Notes: generated by a model not told the origin, from the letters alone. A DNA stretch of 64,000 bases from Candidatus Magasanikiibacteriota bacterium (GCA_963802255.1 CAWDHY010000002.1:4867-68866), one strand, 5' to 3'. Shown: positions 7,748 through 17,502, counted from the stretch's first letter. A program made the numbers and translations.

Positions 7748-9076
7748 ATGTTTGCCTTTACCTACTCAGCCGCAATTCTTGCAATCATCAATCTGGGATT
7801 TGCGGCTTTTCTTATTATCAAAAAACGGGAAATAAGACTTGCAAAATATTTAGCTGCTCTTTTGGCAGCCAGCACGATTTGTTTATTGGCAAACGCGTTA
7901 GCTGATGTTTCTTATACGGAAAAATCTCTTATTTTTTGGGCTGGCACGGCGTTAATTGGAGCTATTTTTGCAATGGCTATCTACGCTCATCTGATTGAAG
8001 TTTTTACCGGTCATCAAAATACTGTCCGTAAAATTATTTTTATATACTTTCCGGCAATTATTTTATCTTCTTTTGCTTATTCTAAATTCAGCATTGCATC
8101 AACAAACTTTCCGTTTAACAAAGTAGCTGAATCGACTATAGGTCCTTTGTACTTGTTCGTTCTCAGTTATACGGTAATTCTGTGGATTTTCAGTTTAGCG
8201 CGGGTAGTTCAAATGAGGAGAAACGCAACTGTAGTACAAAGAGCGCAAATAAGTTATATTTTCCTTGGCTTCGCGATAACTTCACTTGGTACAATGATTT
8301 TTAATGCCGTACTTCCGCTTTTTGGCAATATCACTTTTTTTACTCTTGGCCCTCAATGTATAGTATTTTTAAACGCAGCTCTTGCCTATTCCATCCTCAA
8401 ACATGGCTTGCTGAATTTTAAAATAATCATTCAAAAGTCAATAATTTACTCTGTCATAATAGGCGCGGTAATTGGTTTTTATCTCCTGATAATAAATACA
8501 GCATTAATCTGGCTAAATTTATCAAAATCAATATCATATCCTGCCGCTTCGCTTTTAGCTGCCATAGTGGGCGCAGTTAGTATTCCGCCGATAAACAAAT
8601 TTCTGCAGAAAATAACCGACAAAATATTTTTTAAGGACCACATTTCATATTCGGAGGCGATGTATAATCTAAGCTTAGTGCTAAATATAAATATTGGGTT
8701 GAACTCACTGCTAGAAAATACAACAAAAGAATTATATAAAACTTTTAAACCAACAAACCTTAAAATTTATTTGGTAAGAGAAAAATTACTTTTTGAAAGA
8801 AACAGCCTGGCAAGGGTTGCGAATGTTAGCCACGAAGATTCATTTGAAATAATGCAAAGTGAAAACGACGATACTTTATTCGTCAATGCCGAACATGACG
8901 GAGCTAATTTGGCTCAAATTTTGATTGGCGAAAAAATAACCGGTGAAATATATTTACCGGAGGATCGTGATATATTAAATACTTTTTCTTTTCAGTTTGC
9001 ACTGGCTTTAGAAAAAACATTTCTTTTTGAGAGACTTAGAAGTAAAATTGGCGACATAAAAAAAGAAGCGGTATAA
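7748..9076 (+). CDS. HisKA_7TM-like multi-TM sensor + GAF domain, lacking a kinase/output domain
   Basis: ~9 TM helices (GPLY, QISYIFLG, YSILKHGL), then GAF (GEKITGEIYLPEDRDIL..A.ALEK). Ends where HisKA would begin. Confidence 0.75.
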   Translation: MFAFTYSAAILAIINLGFAAFLIIKKREIRLAKYLAALLAASTICLLANALADVSYTEKSLIFWAGTALIGAIFAMAIYAHLIEVFTGHQNTVRKIIFIYFPAIILSSFAYSKFSIASTNFPFNKVAESTIGPLYLFVLSYTVILWIFSLARVVQMRRNATVVQRAQISYIFLGFAITSLGTMIFNAVLPLFGNITFFTLGPQCIVFLNAALAYSILKHGLLNFKIIIQKSIIYSVIIGAVIGFYLLIINTALIWLNLSKSISYPAASLLAAIVGAVSIPPINKFLQKITDKIFFKDHISYSEAMYNLSLVLNINIGLNSLLENTTKELYKTFKPTNLKIYLVREKLLFERNSLARVANVSHEDSFEIMQSENDDTLFVNAEHDGANLAQILIGEKITGEIYLPEDRDILNTFSFQFALALEKTFLFERLRSKIGDIKKEAV

Positions 9077-9090
9077 GCCGCTTCTTTTTT
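9061..9090. terminator. bidirectional terminator
   Basis: AAAAGAAGCGG-tataag-CCGCTTCTTTT; contains the stop codon of the 7748 gene. Confidence 0.8.
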
Positions 9091-9097
9091 ATTTTAT

Positions 9098-9472
9098 TTA
9101 TTTTTTCCAGAGCCCGTGGATATTACAGTACGCTCTCACTTCAACAATCTCCTCTTCAGTGAAAAAAACCGCTTCCGGTTCCGCACCGGAATTTAATGCT
9201 TCACGGCATACTCCTGTTTTTGTGATTATCTCAATCCACTCAATGTAATGCTCTTCCATCATCGGATGCGGCACGGAGCCAATTTTTATTTTAATACCCT
9301 TGTCCATTTTCTCAATTACCGGTACATGCTTTTCCGCTCCGGCATCATCTGTTTTCTCGATTTGTAATTCCATCGGCTTTCCGCAACAAACCAACTCCCC
9401 TACGCCGGCATGCAAAACCTCCGTGATATTACCGCAAACATTACATTTATAAACTTGCCTTAATTCAGTCAT
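9098..9472 (-). CDS. dfx: desulfoferrodoxin (2Fe superoxide reductase)
   Basis: CNVCGN...CCG desulforedoxin domain; EKHVP, HPM, EHYIEWI, CNIHGLW. Confidence 0.95.
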   Translation of the reverse strand: MTELRQVYKCNVCGNITEVLHAGVGELVCCGKPMELQIEKTDDAGAEKHVPVIEKMDKGIKIKIGSVPHPMMEEHYIEWIEIITKTGVCREALNSGAEPEAVFFTEEEIVEVRAYCNIHGLWKK

Positions 9473-9525
9473 ACAAATATATATTAATATTTAACAGAGT
9501 CCATTATACCATATATTATTTGAAT

Positions 9526-9556
9526 AAAAAAAGGCCGCGGTGAGCGCGGCTTTTTT
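9526..9556. terminator. intrinsic terminator
   Basis: AAAAAAGGCCGCG-gtgag-CGCGGCTTTTTT. Confidence 0.75.
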
Positions 9557-9560
9557 AAGT

Positions 9561-10196
9561 TTATTCCTGGCTGCCCGATGCGGTTGATGTTGATATTTGG
9601 GGATGAAATGGCGGTGTTGAAGTTGGTGCATTAAATATCTCCGTCTTTTCGGAATAAAAAACAATTTTTGAACCATTGTCGGCTATCTGCAGCACCAGAC
9701 TGGTTTCGTCCATTTTCATAATTTCACCGGTAATGCGTGCTTGTCCGGACATTCGTGCTGTTCTTTGTTGACCGGAACCATTAGGACCGTTCCATTGACC
9801 GTCAGTACTTCGGCGTTGAAATTGTTCACCCTGCGGCGGTTGTTGAAAATTTTGTTGATTATCATCTTCTTGCTTCGGCATAGTGCCGGTGGCAAAATAT
9901 TGTGTACTTGATCTCATACCCAGGCCGAATCCTGGCATCTCACCAATAATAATATTTGTAGCACTAACTGTACCATCCGCATTACTCGTGCCCATCACAG
10001 TTATCTTCTTGCCAATTTTCAAATCTTGAATTGAAGCCGGTGTGCCAAAATTAATTTTCATTGTTGTACTTACACCTTCATTATTCTGACCCAACGCGTT
10101 ACTATTTTTTCGATCCGGTGCATTTTTAACAGCACAGCCGGTGGCAATTAACGCCACTGCGGAAAATATTGCAATAATTATAATTGTTTTGCGCAT
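9561..10196 (-). CDS. lipoprotein with OB-like (DUF5666-like) segments and Gln-rich linker
   Basis: Lipobox LIATGC; DLKIGKKITVMG..NADGTVSA; ITGEIMKMD..L. Confidence 0.65.
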   Translation of the reverse strand: MRKTIIIIAIFSAVALIATGCAVKNAPDRKNSNALGQNNEGVSTTMKINFGTPASIQDLKIGKKITVMGTSNADGTVSATNIIIGEMPGFGLGMRSSTQYFATGTMPKQEDDNQQNFQQPPQGEQFQRRSTDGQWNGPNGSGQQRTARMSGQARITGEIMKMDETSLVLQIADNGSKIVFYSEKTEIFNAPTSTPPFHPQISTSTASGSQE

Positions 10197-10212
10197 AAAT
10201 ATATATTATTAT

Positions 10213-11436
10213 TTACTGATAACGTAAAGCGTCAATTGGATCTAATTTTGCTGCCCGGCGCGACGGATAATAACCAAAAATTACACCAACCAAAGTTGAT
10301 ACGCCAACAGATAAAAAAATTGACCATGAAGTGATGACAGTGGTTAAACCGCCAACTTTGCCGATTAACAGTGATGCGCCCCATCCGATTCCGATACCTA
10401 TAATACCGCCAATAAACGTCAATGATACGGACTCGGCTAAAAATTGGTTGCTAATATCATTGCGTGTTGCACCAAGTGATTTGCGCAAACCAATTTCTCT
10501 TGTACGCTCTGTCACTGTTGTTAGCATCATATTCATAATGCCAATTCCTCCGACTATAAGTGAAATTCCGGCAATAGCGGCCAGAAGCAAGGTTAAAGTG
10601 TCGGCCACCGAAGACATTGCGCTAAGCATGTCAGCTTGATTTACAATGCTAAAATCCGCTTGTGTGGAATCAGCAATACGATGTCTTTGAAGTAGTAATT
10701 CCTGAATTTGCGCTTGGACAAAACTCATCAAATCAGCTTCTGTTACCTGAATATTTATATTGCTGACAGATTGATTGCCGGTAACATATTGTTGAGCGGT
10801 AGAAAGAGGAATGTATATCAAGTCATCGGAACTCCCCATACCTGTTCCACCTTTTGCCACTGTGACACCTACAACCGAAAACTCCTGACTGTTAATCTTA
10901 ATTTTTTGACCAACCGGATTTGTACTTGTGCCGAATAAATCATCGCGCGTCGTCGGTCCGAGAATGGCAACTTTCGCTCTGGATTGAATTTGTTGTTCGG
11001 TTATCTGACTGCCTAATTCCATTTCTATGCTTTTAATTCCAAAATATGCTGTATCAATACCATAGATGCTTGTATTTGTATTCTGACCTTTGGTTGTCAC
11101 TTGTTTGCGCGAACTAACAGTAGGAGCGACATCGGTAATATCCGTAACGCTTTCTTTAATTGCTTCGGCGTCTTCAATTGTTAAAGTTTGCGATGTGCCA
11201 CTACCTCCGCGCACGATATTGCCGGCCTGTCTCTGTGAACCCGGCATGACCACAAGTAAATTTGTGCCTAAAGATTCAATACTGTCAGTAATTCCTTTTG
11301 ATGTCCCCTGACCAACAGAAATCATTGCGATAACCGAAGCAATACCGATGACGATTCCTAGAATAGTCAAAGCAGAACGTGATCTGTTTGATGACATTGA
11401 AAATATTGTTTCTTCAAATAAGTCTGAAAAAATCAT
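10213..11436 (-). CDS. MacB-family ABC transporter permease
   Basis: RSALTILGIVIGIASV, GGIGIMNMML.TVTERTREIGLRKSLGA, P.RRAAKLDPIDALRY. Confidence 0.93.
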   Translation of the reverse strand: MIFSDLFEETIFSMSSNRSRSALTILGIVIGIASVIAMISVGQGTSKGITDSIESLGTNLLVVMPGSQRQAGNIVRGGSGTSQTLTIEDAEAIKESVTDITDVAPTVSSRKQVTTKGQNTNTSIYGIDTAYFGIKSIEMELGSQITEQQIQSRAKVAILGPTTRDDLFGTSTNPVGQKIKINSQEFSVVGVTVAKGGTGMGSSDDLIYIPLSTAQQYVTGNQSVSNINIQVTEADLMSFVQAQIQELLLQRHRIADSTQADFSIVNQADMLSAMSSVADTLTLLLAAIAGISLIVGGIGIMNMMLTTVTERTREIGLRKSLGATRNDISNQFLAESVSLTFIGGIIGIGIGWGASLLIGKVGGLTTVITSWSIFLSVGVSTLVGVIFGYYPSRRAAKLDPIDALRYQ

Positions 11437-12119
11437 AAATTCTTTTTATCAGAAATAATCTCTCCATCTTTTATTTCTATCGTTCTTTTGGCGTATTCCG
11501 CAACATGCTTATCGTGAGTAATTAAAATAATCGTATGACCGCTTTCTTTGTTCAATTTTCCAAAAGTCTCTAATACAATCGCACCGGTTTTTGAATCAAG
11601 ATTTCCAGTCGGTTCATCCGCCAAAATAATGCTCGGTTCATTAACCAAAGCGCGGGCAATAGCCACACGCTGCATCTGGCCACCTGATAATTGATTTGAG
11701 AGGTGCATCCAATGATCAACATCCAAACCGACTGCTTTAAGAACCTTTTCTGCTTTGGCCCGTCGCGTCGATTTAGGCACATGATTATTATAAATTAATG
11801 GGAGCATCACATTACGTATAACCGTTGAACGAGGTAAGAGGTTAAACGACTGAAAAACAAAACCGATTTTTTCCGAACGTATTGCAGCCATTTCCTCTTC
11901 CGATAGATCAAACACGTCTTTTCCATCAAGAAAATATTTTCCGGCCGTGGGACGATCGAGTGCCCCAAGAATATGCATCAGAGTTGATTTGCCTGAACCG
12001 GATGGACCAATTATTGCGACAAATTCCCCTTCTCCAATTTCAAAATTCACATTCTTTAATACAGTTGTTTCATTATTGCCGGAATTGTAACTTTTTGTAA
12101 TGTTTACACACTTAATCAT
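11433..12119 (-). CDS. MacB/LolD-family ABC ATPase
   Basis: [32 protein letters not shown]. Confidence 0.95.
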   Translation of the reverse strand: MIKCVNITKSYNSGNNETTVLKNVNFEIGEGEFVAIIGPSGSGKSTLMHILGALDRPTAGKYFLDGKDVFDLSEEEMAAIRSEKIGFVFQSFNLLPRSTVIRNVMLPLIYNNHVPKSTRRAKAEKVLKAVGLDVDHWMHLSNQLSGGQMQRVAIARALVNEPSIILADEPTGNLDSKTGAIVLETFGKLNKESGHTIILITHDKHVAEYAKRTIEIKDGEIISDKKNL

Positions 12120-12132
12120 AACTGATTATCGT

Positions 12133-13875
12133 TTACCGAAGGAACATCATTCCTCCTGCTCCTGCGGGGCCGGATTGCCTATTTGTTGCTGATACAGCGC
12201 TTGTGGCAGCAACACCACTGTTAATTGTCTGAACCACGATTTCATCACCCTCATTTAAACCGCTGATAATTTCAGTCATCAGATCATTTGAATCACCAAC
12301 TGTTATTGTTGCCATTTGAGGTGTTCCACTAGCCATAATTTCAACATAATTTGAACCATTTTGAGTTTTAATAGCAGAATTGGAAACAAGAAGGACGTCC
12401 GGTTTGCTACTCAATATAATACTGACGCTTACACTCATTCCCGGTTTGACACGCTCGTCCTGAATATCAAAAGCAATTTTAACATTATAACTTACAACAC
12501 CCTGACTAACAGTGCCAATGGTATCAACTTCAGCCACTTCACCCGTAATATTCAAATCCTCAATTGCGTCAAAAGTTATTGTAGCTCTTTGCCCGACTTT
12601 AACTTTTGCCACGTCAACTTCATTTAAAGCGATGGTGGCTATACGCTGTTTCGTAATAATTGTACAAACCGCCGAACCGGACGATGCTGAATCGCCTTTT
12701 TTAACATTTACCGCGGCGATCACTCCATCAAACGGAGCTCTTACAGAATAATTTGACAACGTTTCCCTGGCATCTACCAGAGAATTTTGGCGTTGTTTGA
12801 GAGTTATCTGTTGTGCTTTAAGATCAAGCGGGTCGGTACCGGCTTTCAAATCTGCGAGCGATGCTGTTTTTTCGGCAATAGTGCGGCTTGAACCGATAAT
12901 CGACTCTTTGCTTGTCTGAATAGTTCGTTTTTGGCTAAGAAGGGATAACAACTGTGAGTTTGTTGTGCCCGTATAACTGTTTAAACTTGATAAGTGAGAA
13001 GATGATTGCGATTGCACTCGCGCCTTTTTTTCAGTCAAAACATCAATATAGTACTGAATCAGGTTGTTCGCGTTTTTTACCGCTTCGGCTATCAATTTTG
13101 TTGTGTCATACGATTCGTCGATGAGTGACTCTATTGTTGATGTGCTGGAAAATCTGCTGGCCGACTTATAATTATCAAAATTTATATCATAAGCATTTTT
13201 TGCGGCACTAAATGAAAGCGAAGCGCTATCTCTGTATTTTTCCGCTCTTTCTTCATCCTCAAAAATCATCGCATTATTCGCGTAATATTCTATATTTGGA
13301 ATACTGTAATCAAATGTATATCCATATAAAATATCATATAAACCGGACATTAAGCTTGGTAGCTCCAAAAAAGTATCCGCTACATTATTAAACCCATCTT
13401 CGTATGCTTTTTTTAAATCATCTTCGGCCTTAATTTTTGTTTCCTCCGCCTGCGCTAAAGAATTTTCATATTGAAGTAGGGTCAAAGGATCTGTCGCCTG
13501 AGTTAATTTCTCCATTGATAATTTTGCGGACTCAAGATTCGCCGTCGCGTCTCTCACTGATTTCAATGCAGTGGCGGCGTTTAATTGTATTAACAAAGCA
13601 CCGGATTTTACTTCTTGTCCGGTTTTAACTAATACACTTGTCACATCACCTGACGCTTTGGGTTGAATATCAACCTGACTCGATGCTGAAACCTGTCCGC
13701 TACCACTTATTGACGAAGCTAAAACGCCACGTTCAACTTTTGCAGTGACGTATCGTGTTACCGTTTCAGGTGCAAATAATCTTTTATAACCGAAGTATCC
13801 GCCAACGCCAATTATGGCAATAATAATTAGAGTATATATTTTATGTTTCCAGATGAAGCTAAATACTTTTTTCAT
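12133..13875 (-). CDS. membrane-fusion (periplasmic adaptor) protein with very long coiled coil
   Basis: N-terminal TM, lipoyl halves (VLVKTGQEVKSG / RAPFDGVI), beta-barrel (EVDVAKVKVGQ, KPGMS). Confidence 0.88.
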   Translation of the reverse strand: MKKVFSFIWKHKIYTLIIIAIIGVGGYFGYKRLFAPETVTRYVTAKVERGVLASSISGSGQVSASSQVDIQPKASGDVTSVLVKTGQEVKSGALLIQLNAATALKSVRDATANLESAKLSMEKLTQATDPLTLLQYENSLAQAEETKIKAEDDLKKAYEDGFNNVADTFLELPSLMSGLYDILYGYTFDYSIPNIEYYANNAMIFEDEERAEKYRDSASLSFSAAKNAYDINFDNYKSASRFSSTSTIESLIDESYDTTKLIAEAVKNANNLIQYYIDVLTEKKARVQSQSSSHLSSLNSYTGTTNSQLLSLLSQKRTIQTSKESIIGSSRTIAEKTASLADLKAGTDPLDLKAQQITLKQRQNSLVDARETLSNYSVRAPFDGVIAAVNVKKGDSASSGSAVCTIITKQRIATIALNEVDVAKVKVGQRATITFDAIEDLNITGEVAEVDTIGTVSQGVVSYNVKIAFDIQDERVKPGMSVSVSIILSSKPDVLLVSNSAIKTQNGSNYVEIMASGTPQMATITVGDSNDLMTEIISGLNEGDEIVVQTINSGVAATSAVSATNRQSGPAGAGGMMFLR

Positions 13876-13896
13876 AAATGAATTTTAGTAAATATA

Positions 13897-14766
13897 TTAT
13901 TGAGGCAAACAATCAACTCCACAAGGAACGGATGGCATGTCTTTAACAGGACACCCCGCCATAGAACAGTCTTCAAAAACATCGCCCTTAGGAGGCAGTG
14001 GCATCGGAGGCATGGGGTCTGTTGACGATCCAAAACGGCGGTGCACGCCACGGCGTATCATCATCATTTCATCGTTTTTAACAACATGAATATTTTCCGG
14101 CTCAAAAACCCCACTTTTCTTTTCGCCGATAGCCACAATAAATGATCCTTCTTTTAGTTCCTGTTCCGGAAGGCTTTTTAGTTTACTGATATCAATTTTT
14201 TCAATACCACGCGGCGTCTGAATACTGATCATAGCGCCGTCTAACTTTACTATCCGACCGGCCATGCCGCGATTGCGATCGTCCAGACCGCGATTAAATA
14301 ACGGACGAAAAATCATACCCGTTGGATTTGGCCCAAAAGCATGGCGTTCTATCCGTTCAGCCAGGCTGGTATATGTCAAAATTATTCCAAGTACCATTAT
14401 AAAAATAACGAGACCGACGGCTATTCTGCCAAAAGGCTTCTCATAGAGAAAACCACTTTTCTTAATGATAAACGCAGATACCAATACAAGGGCTATTAAA
14501 CCGGCGGCAAGCGCAAAGGGAAAAGATTCCAAAAAAGCATAAAAACCACGACTGCCAAAACTTAAGTAGTCCAGATTATCGGAAGTTTTTAAATAAAAAA
14601 GCACCAAATTAAAAAATAATACGGCTAATAGAACACTGAGCGCCACCGCACTGCCCAAACCCAATTTTTCGGCAAGAAAAATATATTTTGAGCGCAATTT
14701 AATACGGCCAGTTTTTATCTGCGACATCACCTTTTCTTCAAGATTATTTTTATTATTCTCCTCCAT
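13897..14766 (-). CDS. multi-TM protein, candidate anti-sigma factor
   Basis: Overlaps the ECF sigma stop; 3 TM helices plus an extracytoplasmic domain. Anti-sigma role is inferred from position. Confidence 0.55.
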   Translation of the reverse strand: MEENNKNNLEEKVMSQIKTGRIKLRSKYIFLAEKLGLGSAVALSVLLAVLFFNLVLFYLKTSDNLDYLSFGSRGFYAFLESFPFALAAGLIALVLVSAFIIKKSGFLYEKPFGRIAVGLVIFIMVLGIILTYTSLAERIERHAFGPNPTGMIFRPLFNRGLDDRNRGMAGRIVKLDGAMISIQTPRGIEKIDISKLKSLPEQELKEGSFIVAIGEKKSGVFEPENIHVVKNDEMMMIRRGVHRRFGSSTDPMPPMPLPPKGDVFEDCSMAGCPVKDMPSVPCGVDCLPQ

Positions 14767-15319
14767 ATTGTTCAGTTGTTAAAAATTTTTTTAGTATTTT
14801 TTTTCCGCGTAGCACCAGCGTGCCGACAGTATTGCGCGGCAAATGCAAAATATCACCGATTTCTTCATAGGTCTTTTGCTCAAAAAAATATAAAATTACC
14901 GGTTCGCGATATTTATCTTTCAACTTTGAAAGAGCGGCTTCAATTTTTTTCTTTAATATTGACCTGTCTATTTTATCCTTAACATCAATGTCGTCATCAA
15001 TCACATCAATCTCCTGGTCATCCAAAGACACTGACTCTTTACGGTATTTTTTTATATTATTTAATGCTTCATTATGGGCAATGCGGTATATCCAAGGTGA
15101 AAATTTCTTATTTTCGTCAAAATTGAATAAATTACGATAAGCTTTAATAAAAACTTCCTGAAGGACATCTTCAAGCTCGTCGTCGCTTTTAATAAATTTT
15201 CTTAAATAATGAGACAGTTTTGTTTGGTAGCGCCGGATAATCTCGCTGTATAGTTCTTTGTCCTTTTCTCTAACAACTACAACCAACTGTTCATCGCTTA
15301 AATTCTCGGGAACAGGCAT
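14753..15319 (-). CDS. ECF RNA polymerase sigma factor
   Basis: EDVLQEVFIKAYRNL, FSPWIYRIAHN, region 4 TYEEIGDIL..TVGT. Confidence 0.93.
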   Translation of the reverse strand: MPVPENLSDEQLVVVVREKDKELYSEIIRRYQTKLSHYLRKFIKSDDELEDVLQEVFIKAYRNLFNFDENKKFSPWIYRIAHNEALNNIKKYRKESVSLDDQEIDVIDDDIDVKDKIDRSILKKKIEAALSKLKDKYREPVILYFFEQKTYEEIGDILHLPRNTVGTLVLRGKKILKKFLTTEQYGGE

Positions 15320-15467
15320 ATATTATATATACAACTGAAGTTGCATAAATATTTCAATTTGGGCTGTACTCTAACTTAAATATCAAAAAAATGCCATTTT
15401 TAATGAAAAAGCCACTTTTAAATAGTGATTTTTTGACTAATTGGTAATTTCCGAATCAATAATATTT

Positions 15468-16592
15468 CTAAATTTTTTTCTTATTCTTTAGCCACAAAGT
15501 AGCTAATAAAGTAGAAATAGGCATAGACAAGGCCACGCCGATACTTCCAACAAGTGTTCGCACAATTTCAGTCGCAATCATTTCGTTATTTATTGCCTGT
15601 GACAAAGAAGCGGTTTCAGCGGGATTCAGATAAAAAAGCAGTAAGAGAGGCAAGCTCGCACCGGCATAAGTCAAAAATAATGTATTCACAATCGCACCTA
15701 AATGCGTATTACCAACTTCATAAGCGGATTTGTAAACCTGATGATTTGTAAGATCAGCGTTAGCTAATCTAATTTGATTTACCGATTCAACCTGACCAAC
15801 AATTACATCATCTAAAACTCCAACTGTTCCAATTAGAATTCCCGCTAAAAGCAATCCTTGAAAATCAATCATCCCATTATTTGCACCCAGTAAAAAAGTC
15901 GCTTCTTCTTGGCCTAACCCGGTTAAGCGAGTTAAATTTGTAAAAATCCATGACAGAATAAATGTAATAACTAATGAAAAAAATACGCTGGCCACTGCAA
16001 TGTGTGATTTTTTTGTCCAACCTTCTGTCAAATATATTATAATTGCTAATATCATTAGCGCGCCAGATACGCCTATAAACAAAGGATTGGCACCATGTAA
16101 AATATTCGGAACAATAAATTTAATTATAATAAAGAAACTTACCACCAAGCTGATCAACGATTTAACACCCTTTTTTTTGCCAATAATTACAATTATTACT
16201 GCAAAAATAAAGGCGAGCCAATATAAATATCCGCTTCGCACAAAATCGACGATGTAATAATCAACTGTGCCATCAAAATTTTTAACCTCACTAACCAGAA
16301 CTTTATCTCCAACCTTATAAATATTTGCGCTGGCCATATCGATATCAGAAATTCCATTATGCCTAATTTCCTTGTTTTTCCAGTCCTTTTCCAACCCCAA
16401 TAAAAGAATATCTTGCTGTAGCGTTTTTGAGCCGTCCTCTCGAACAATATTTTTTTCTTCTATAATTTTTATCACCTTAGCTTTGAAGACTTCATCAATA
16501 GACGGGCCATCAGAATTTTCTGACTGCGCAAAAACAAAAGATGGAAATAATAAGATAACTAAAAAAATTAACGTAAATAACTTATTTAACAT
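15468..16592 (-). CDS. YibE/F-family membrane protein
   Basis: LLLAGILIGTVGVLDDV, VNTLFLTYAGASLPLLLL, EIVRTLVGSIG. Confidence 0.9.
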   Translation of the reverse strand: MLNKLFTLIFLVILLFPSFVFAQSENSDGPSIDEVFKAKVIKIIEEKNIVREDGSKTLQQDILLLGLEKDWKNKEIRHNGISDIDMASANIYKVGDKVLVSEVKNFDGTVDYYIVDFVRSGYLYWLAFIFAVIIVIIGKKKGVKSLISLVVSFFIIIKFIVPNILHGANPLFIGVSGALMILAIIIYLTEGWTKKSHIAVASVFFSLVITFILSWIFTNLTRLTGLGQEEATFLLGANNGMIDFQGLLLAGILIGTVGVLDDVIVGQVESVNQIRLANADLTNHQVYKSAYEVGNTHLGAIVNTLFLTYAGASLPLLLLFYLNPAETASLSQAINNEMIATEIVRTLVGSIGVALSMPISTLLATLWLKNKKKI

Positions 16593-16597
16593 AGATA

Positions 16598-16879
16598 CTA
16601 ATTTTTAATAATTCTTATAGCTTTTCCGTTCACAAGTGCATCTGTAATTTTTTTATACGCAGAGTCTAAAATTCTTTGAAATGTACTTTGTGATGTATCC
16701 ATTTGTTTAGCACACTTGGTCTGATCTAGATCCTTGATATTATGTAGCCTCATCGATTCTAATTCTTCAAAAGTTAAATTGACAATTTTTAAATCTGGCA
16801 TTGGAATACCCTGCGGTTTAAAATATGTAATATTAGGATTAATTCTCACGCGCCGGCATCCTCTTGGTCTGGGAGACAT
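16598..16879 (-). CDS. DUF134 HTH protein
   Basis: MSPRPRGCRRV...YFKPQG, EELESMRL, SQSTFQRIL, ALVNGKAIRI. Confidence 0.9.
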   Translation of the reverse strand: MSPRPRGCRRVRINPNITYFKPQGIPMPDLKIVNLTFEELESMRLHNIKDLDQTKCAKQMDTSQSTFQRILDSAYKKITDALVNGKAIRIIKN

Positions 16880-16931
16880 AAATTTTATATTATATGTAAC
16901 ACTGGTATCAATTATATCACGAAAAAATCTA

Positions 16932-16958
16932 ACCGTCCCAACATACTGCCGGGACGGT
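16932..16958 (-). terminator. hairpin terminator after the DUF5320 gene
   Basis: ACCGTCCC...GGGACGGT inverted repeat with a T-rich tail on minus. Confidence 0.55.
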
Positions 16959-16974
16959 AAACGTGGCCATTCAT

Positions 16975-17217
16975 CTATTTATGGGAATTAATAGCTTGAA
17001 TTTCTTCTTGAACGGCTTCCAGTTCATTCTTAAGAAATTGCTCTTCATCTTGTAGGGAGATTAATTCATTCTTAGGTGAACGAATTTGTCGTCCCCCGCC
17101 AAAGAAGCCGGGGCTACCACATGAACCCCTACGAGCGCCTCCTCCGCCACAATTTCCCATGCCACGTCCGCTTCTCGGGCCATTTCCCATTGGTCCGTTT
17201 CCATCAAATTTAGGCAT
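16975..17217 (-). CDS. DUF5320-like Gly/Arg-rich protein with C-terminal coiled coil
   Basis: MPKFDGNGPMGNGPRSGRGMGNC...L..E...L..EL. Confidence 0.8.
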   Translation of the reverse strand: MPKFDGNGPMGNGPRSGRGMGNCGGGGARRGSCGSPGFFGGGRQIRSPKNELISLQDEEQFLKNELEAVQEEIQAINSHK

Positions 17218-17276
17218 ATATTTATTTATTACTTTCCTTAATTAATAGGTAATACGACCTTTATACTTACCTATTA

Positions 17277-17307
17277 TGAGTATATACCCAATACTGTATT
17301 TTGTCAA
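17277..17307 (-). promoter_or_regulatory. sigma70 promoter TTGACA-17-TATACT with overlapping palindrome TGAGTATATACCCA
   Basis: -35 at 17307-17302, -10 at 17284-17279. Confidence 0.65.
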
Positions 17308-17425
17308 GCTAGTTGCATAAAATGAAAAAATATTAAAAAATGAACCTTCTCCCTAATTATTTATTCTTCATTCAATTTCTGCCGCAATAAAAAAAACCAG
17401 CCATTTTGTTGACTGGATTATTGTG

Positions 17426-17496
17426 CAGGGGGTGTAAGAATCGAACTCACGCGAACGGTTTTGGAGACCGTCGTACTACCACTATACGAACCCCCC
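17426..17496 (-). tRNA. trnW: tRNA-Trp(CCA)
   Basis: GGGGGGTTCGTATAGTGGTAGTACGACGGTCTCCAAAACCGTTCGCGTGAGTTCGATTCTTACACCCCCTG cloverleaf; CCA end not encoded. Confidence 0.95.
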
Positions 17497-17502
17497 GTGT
17501 TT

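Noticed and set aside
1-17420. Prophage or integrative element at tRNA-Trp
   Set aside because: No integrase, transposase, phage structural gene or duplicated tRNA 3' end is visible in the window.
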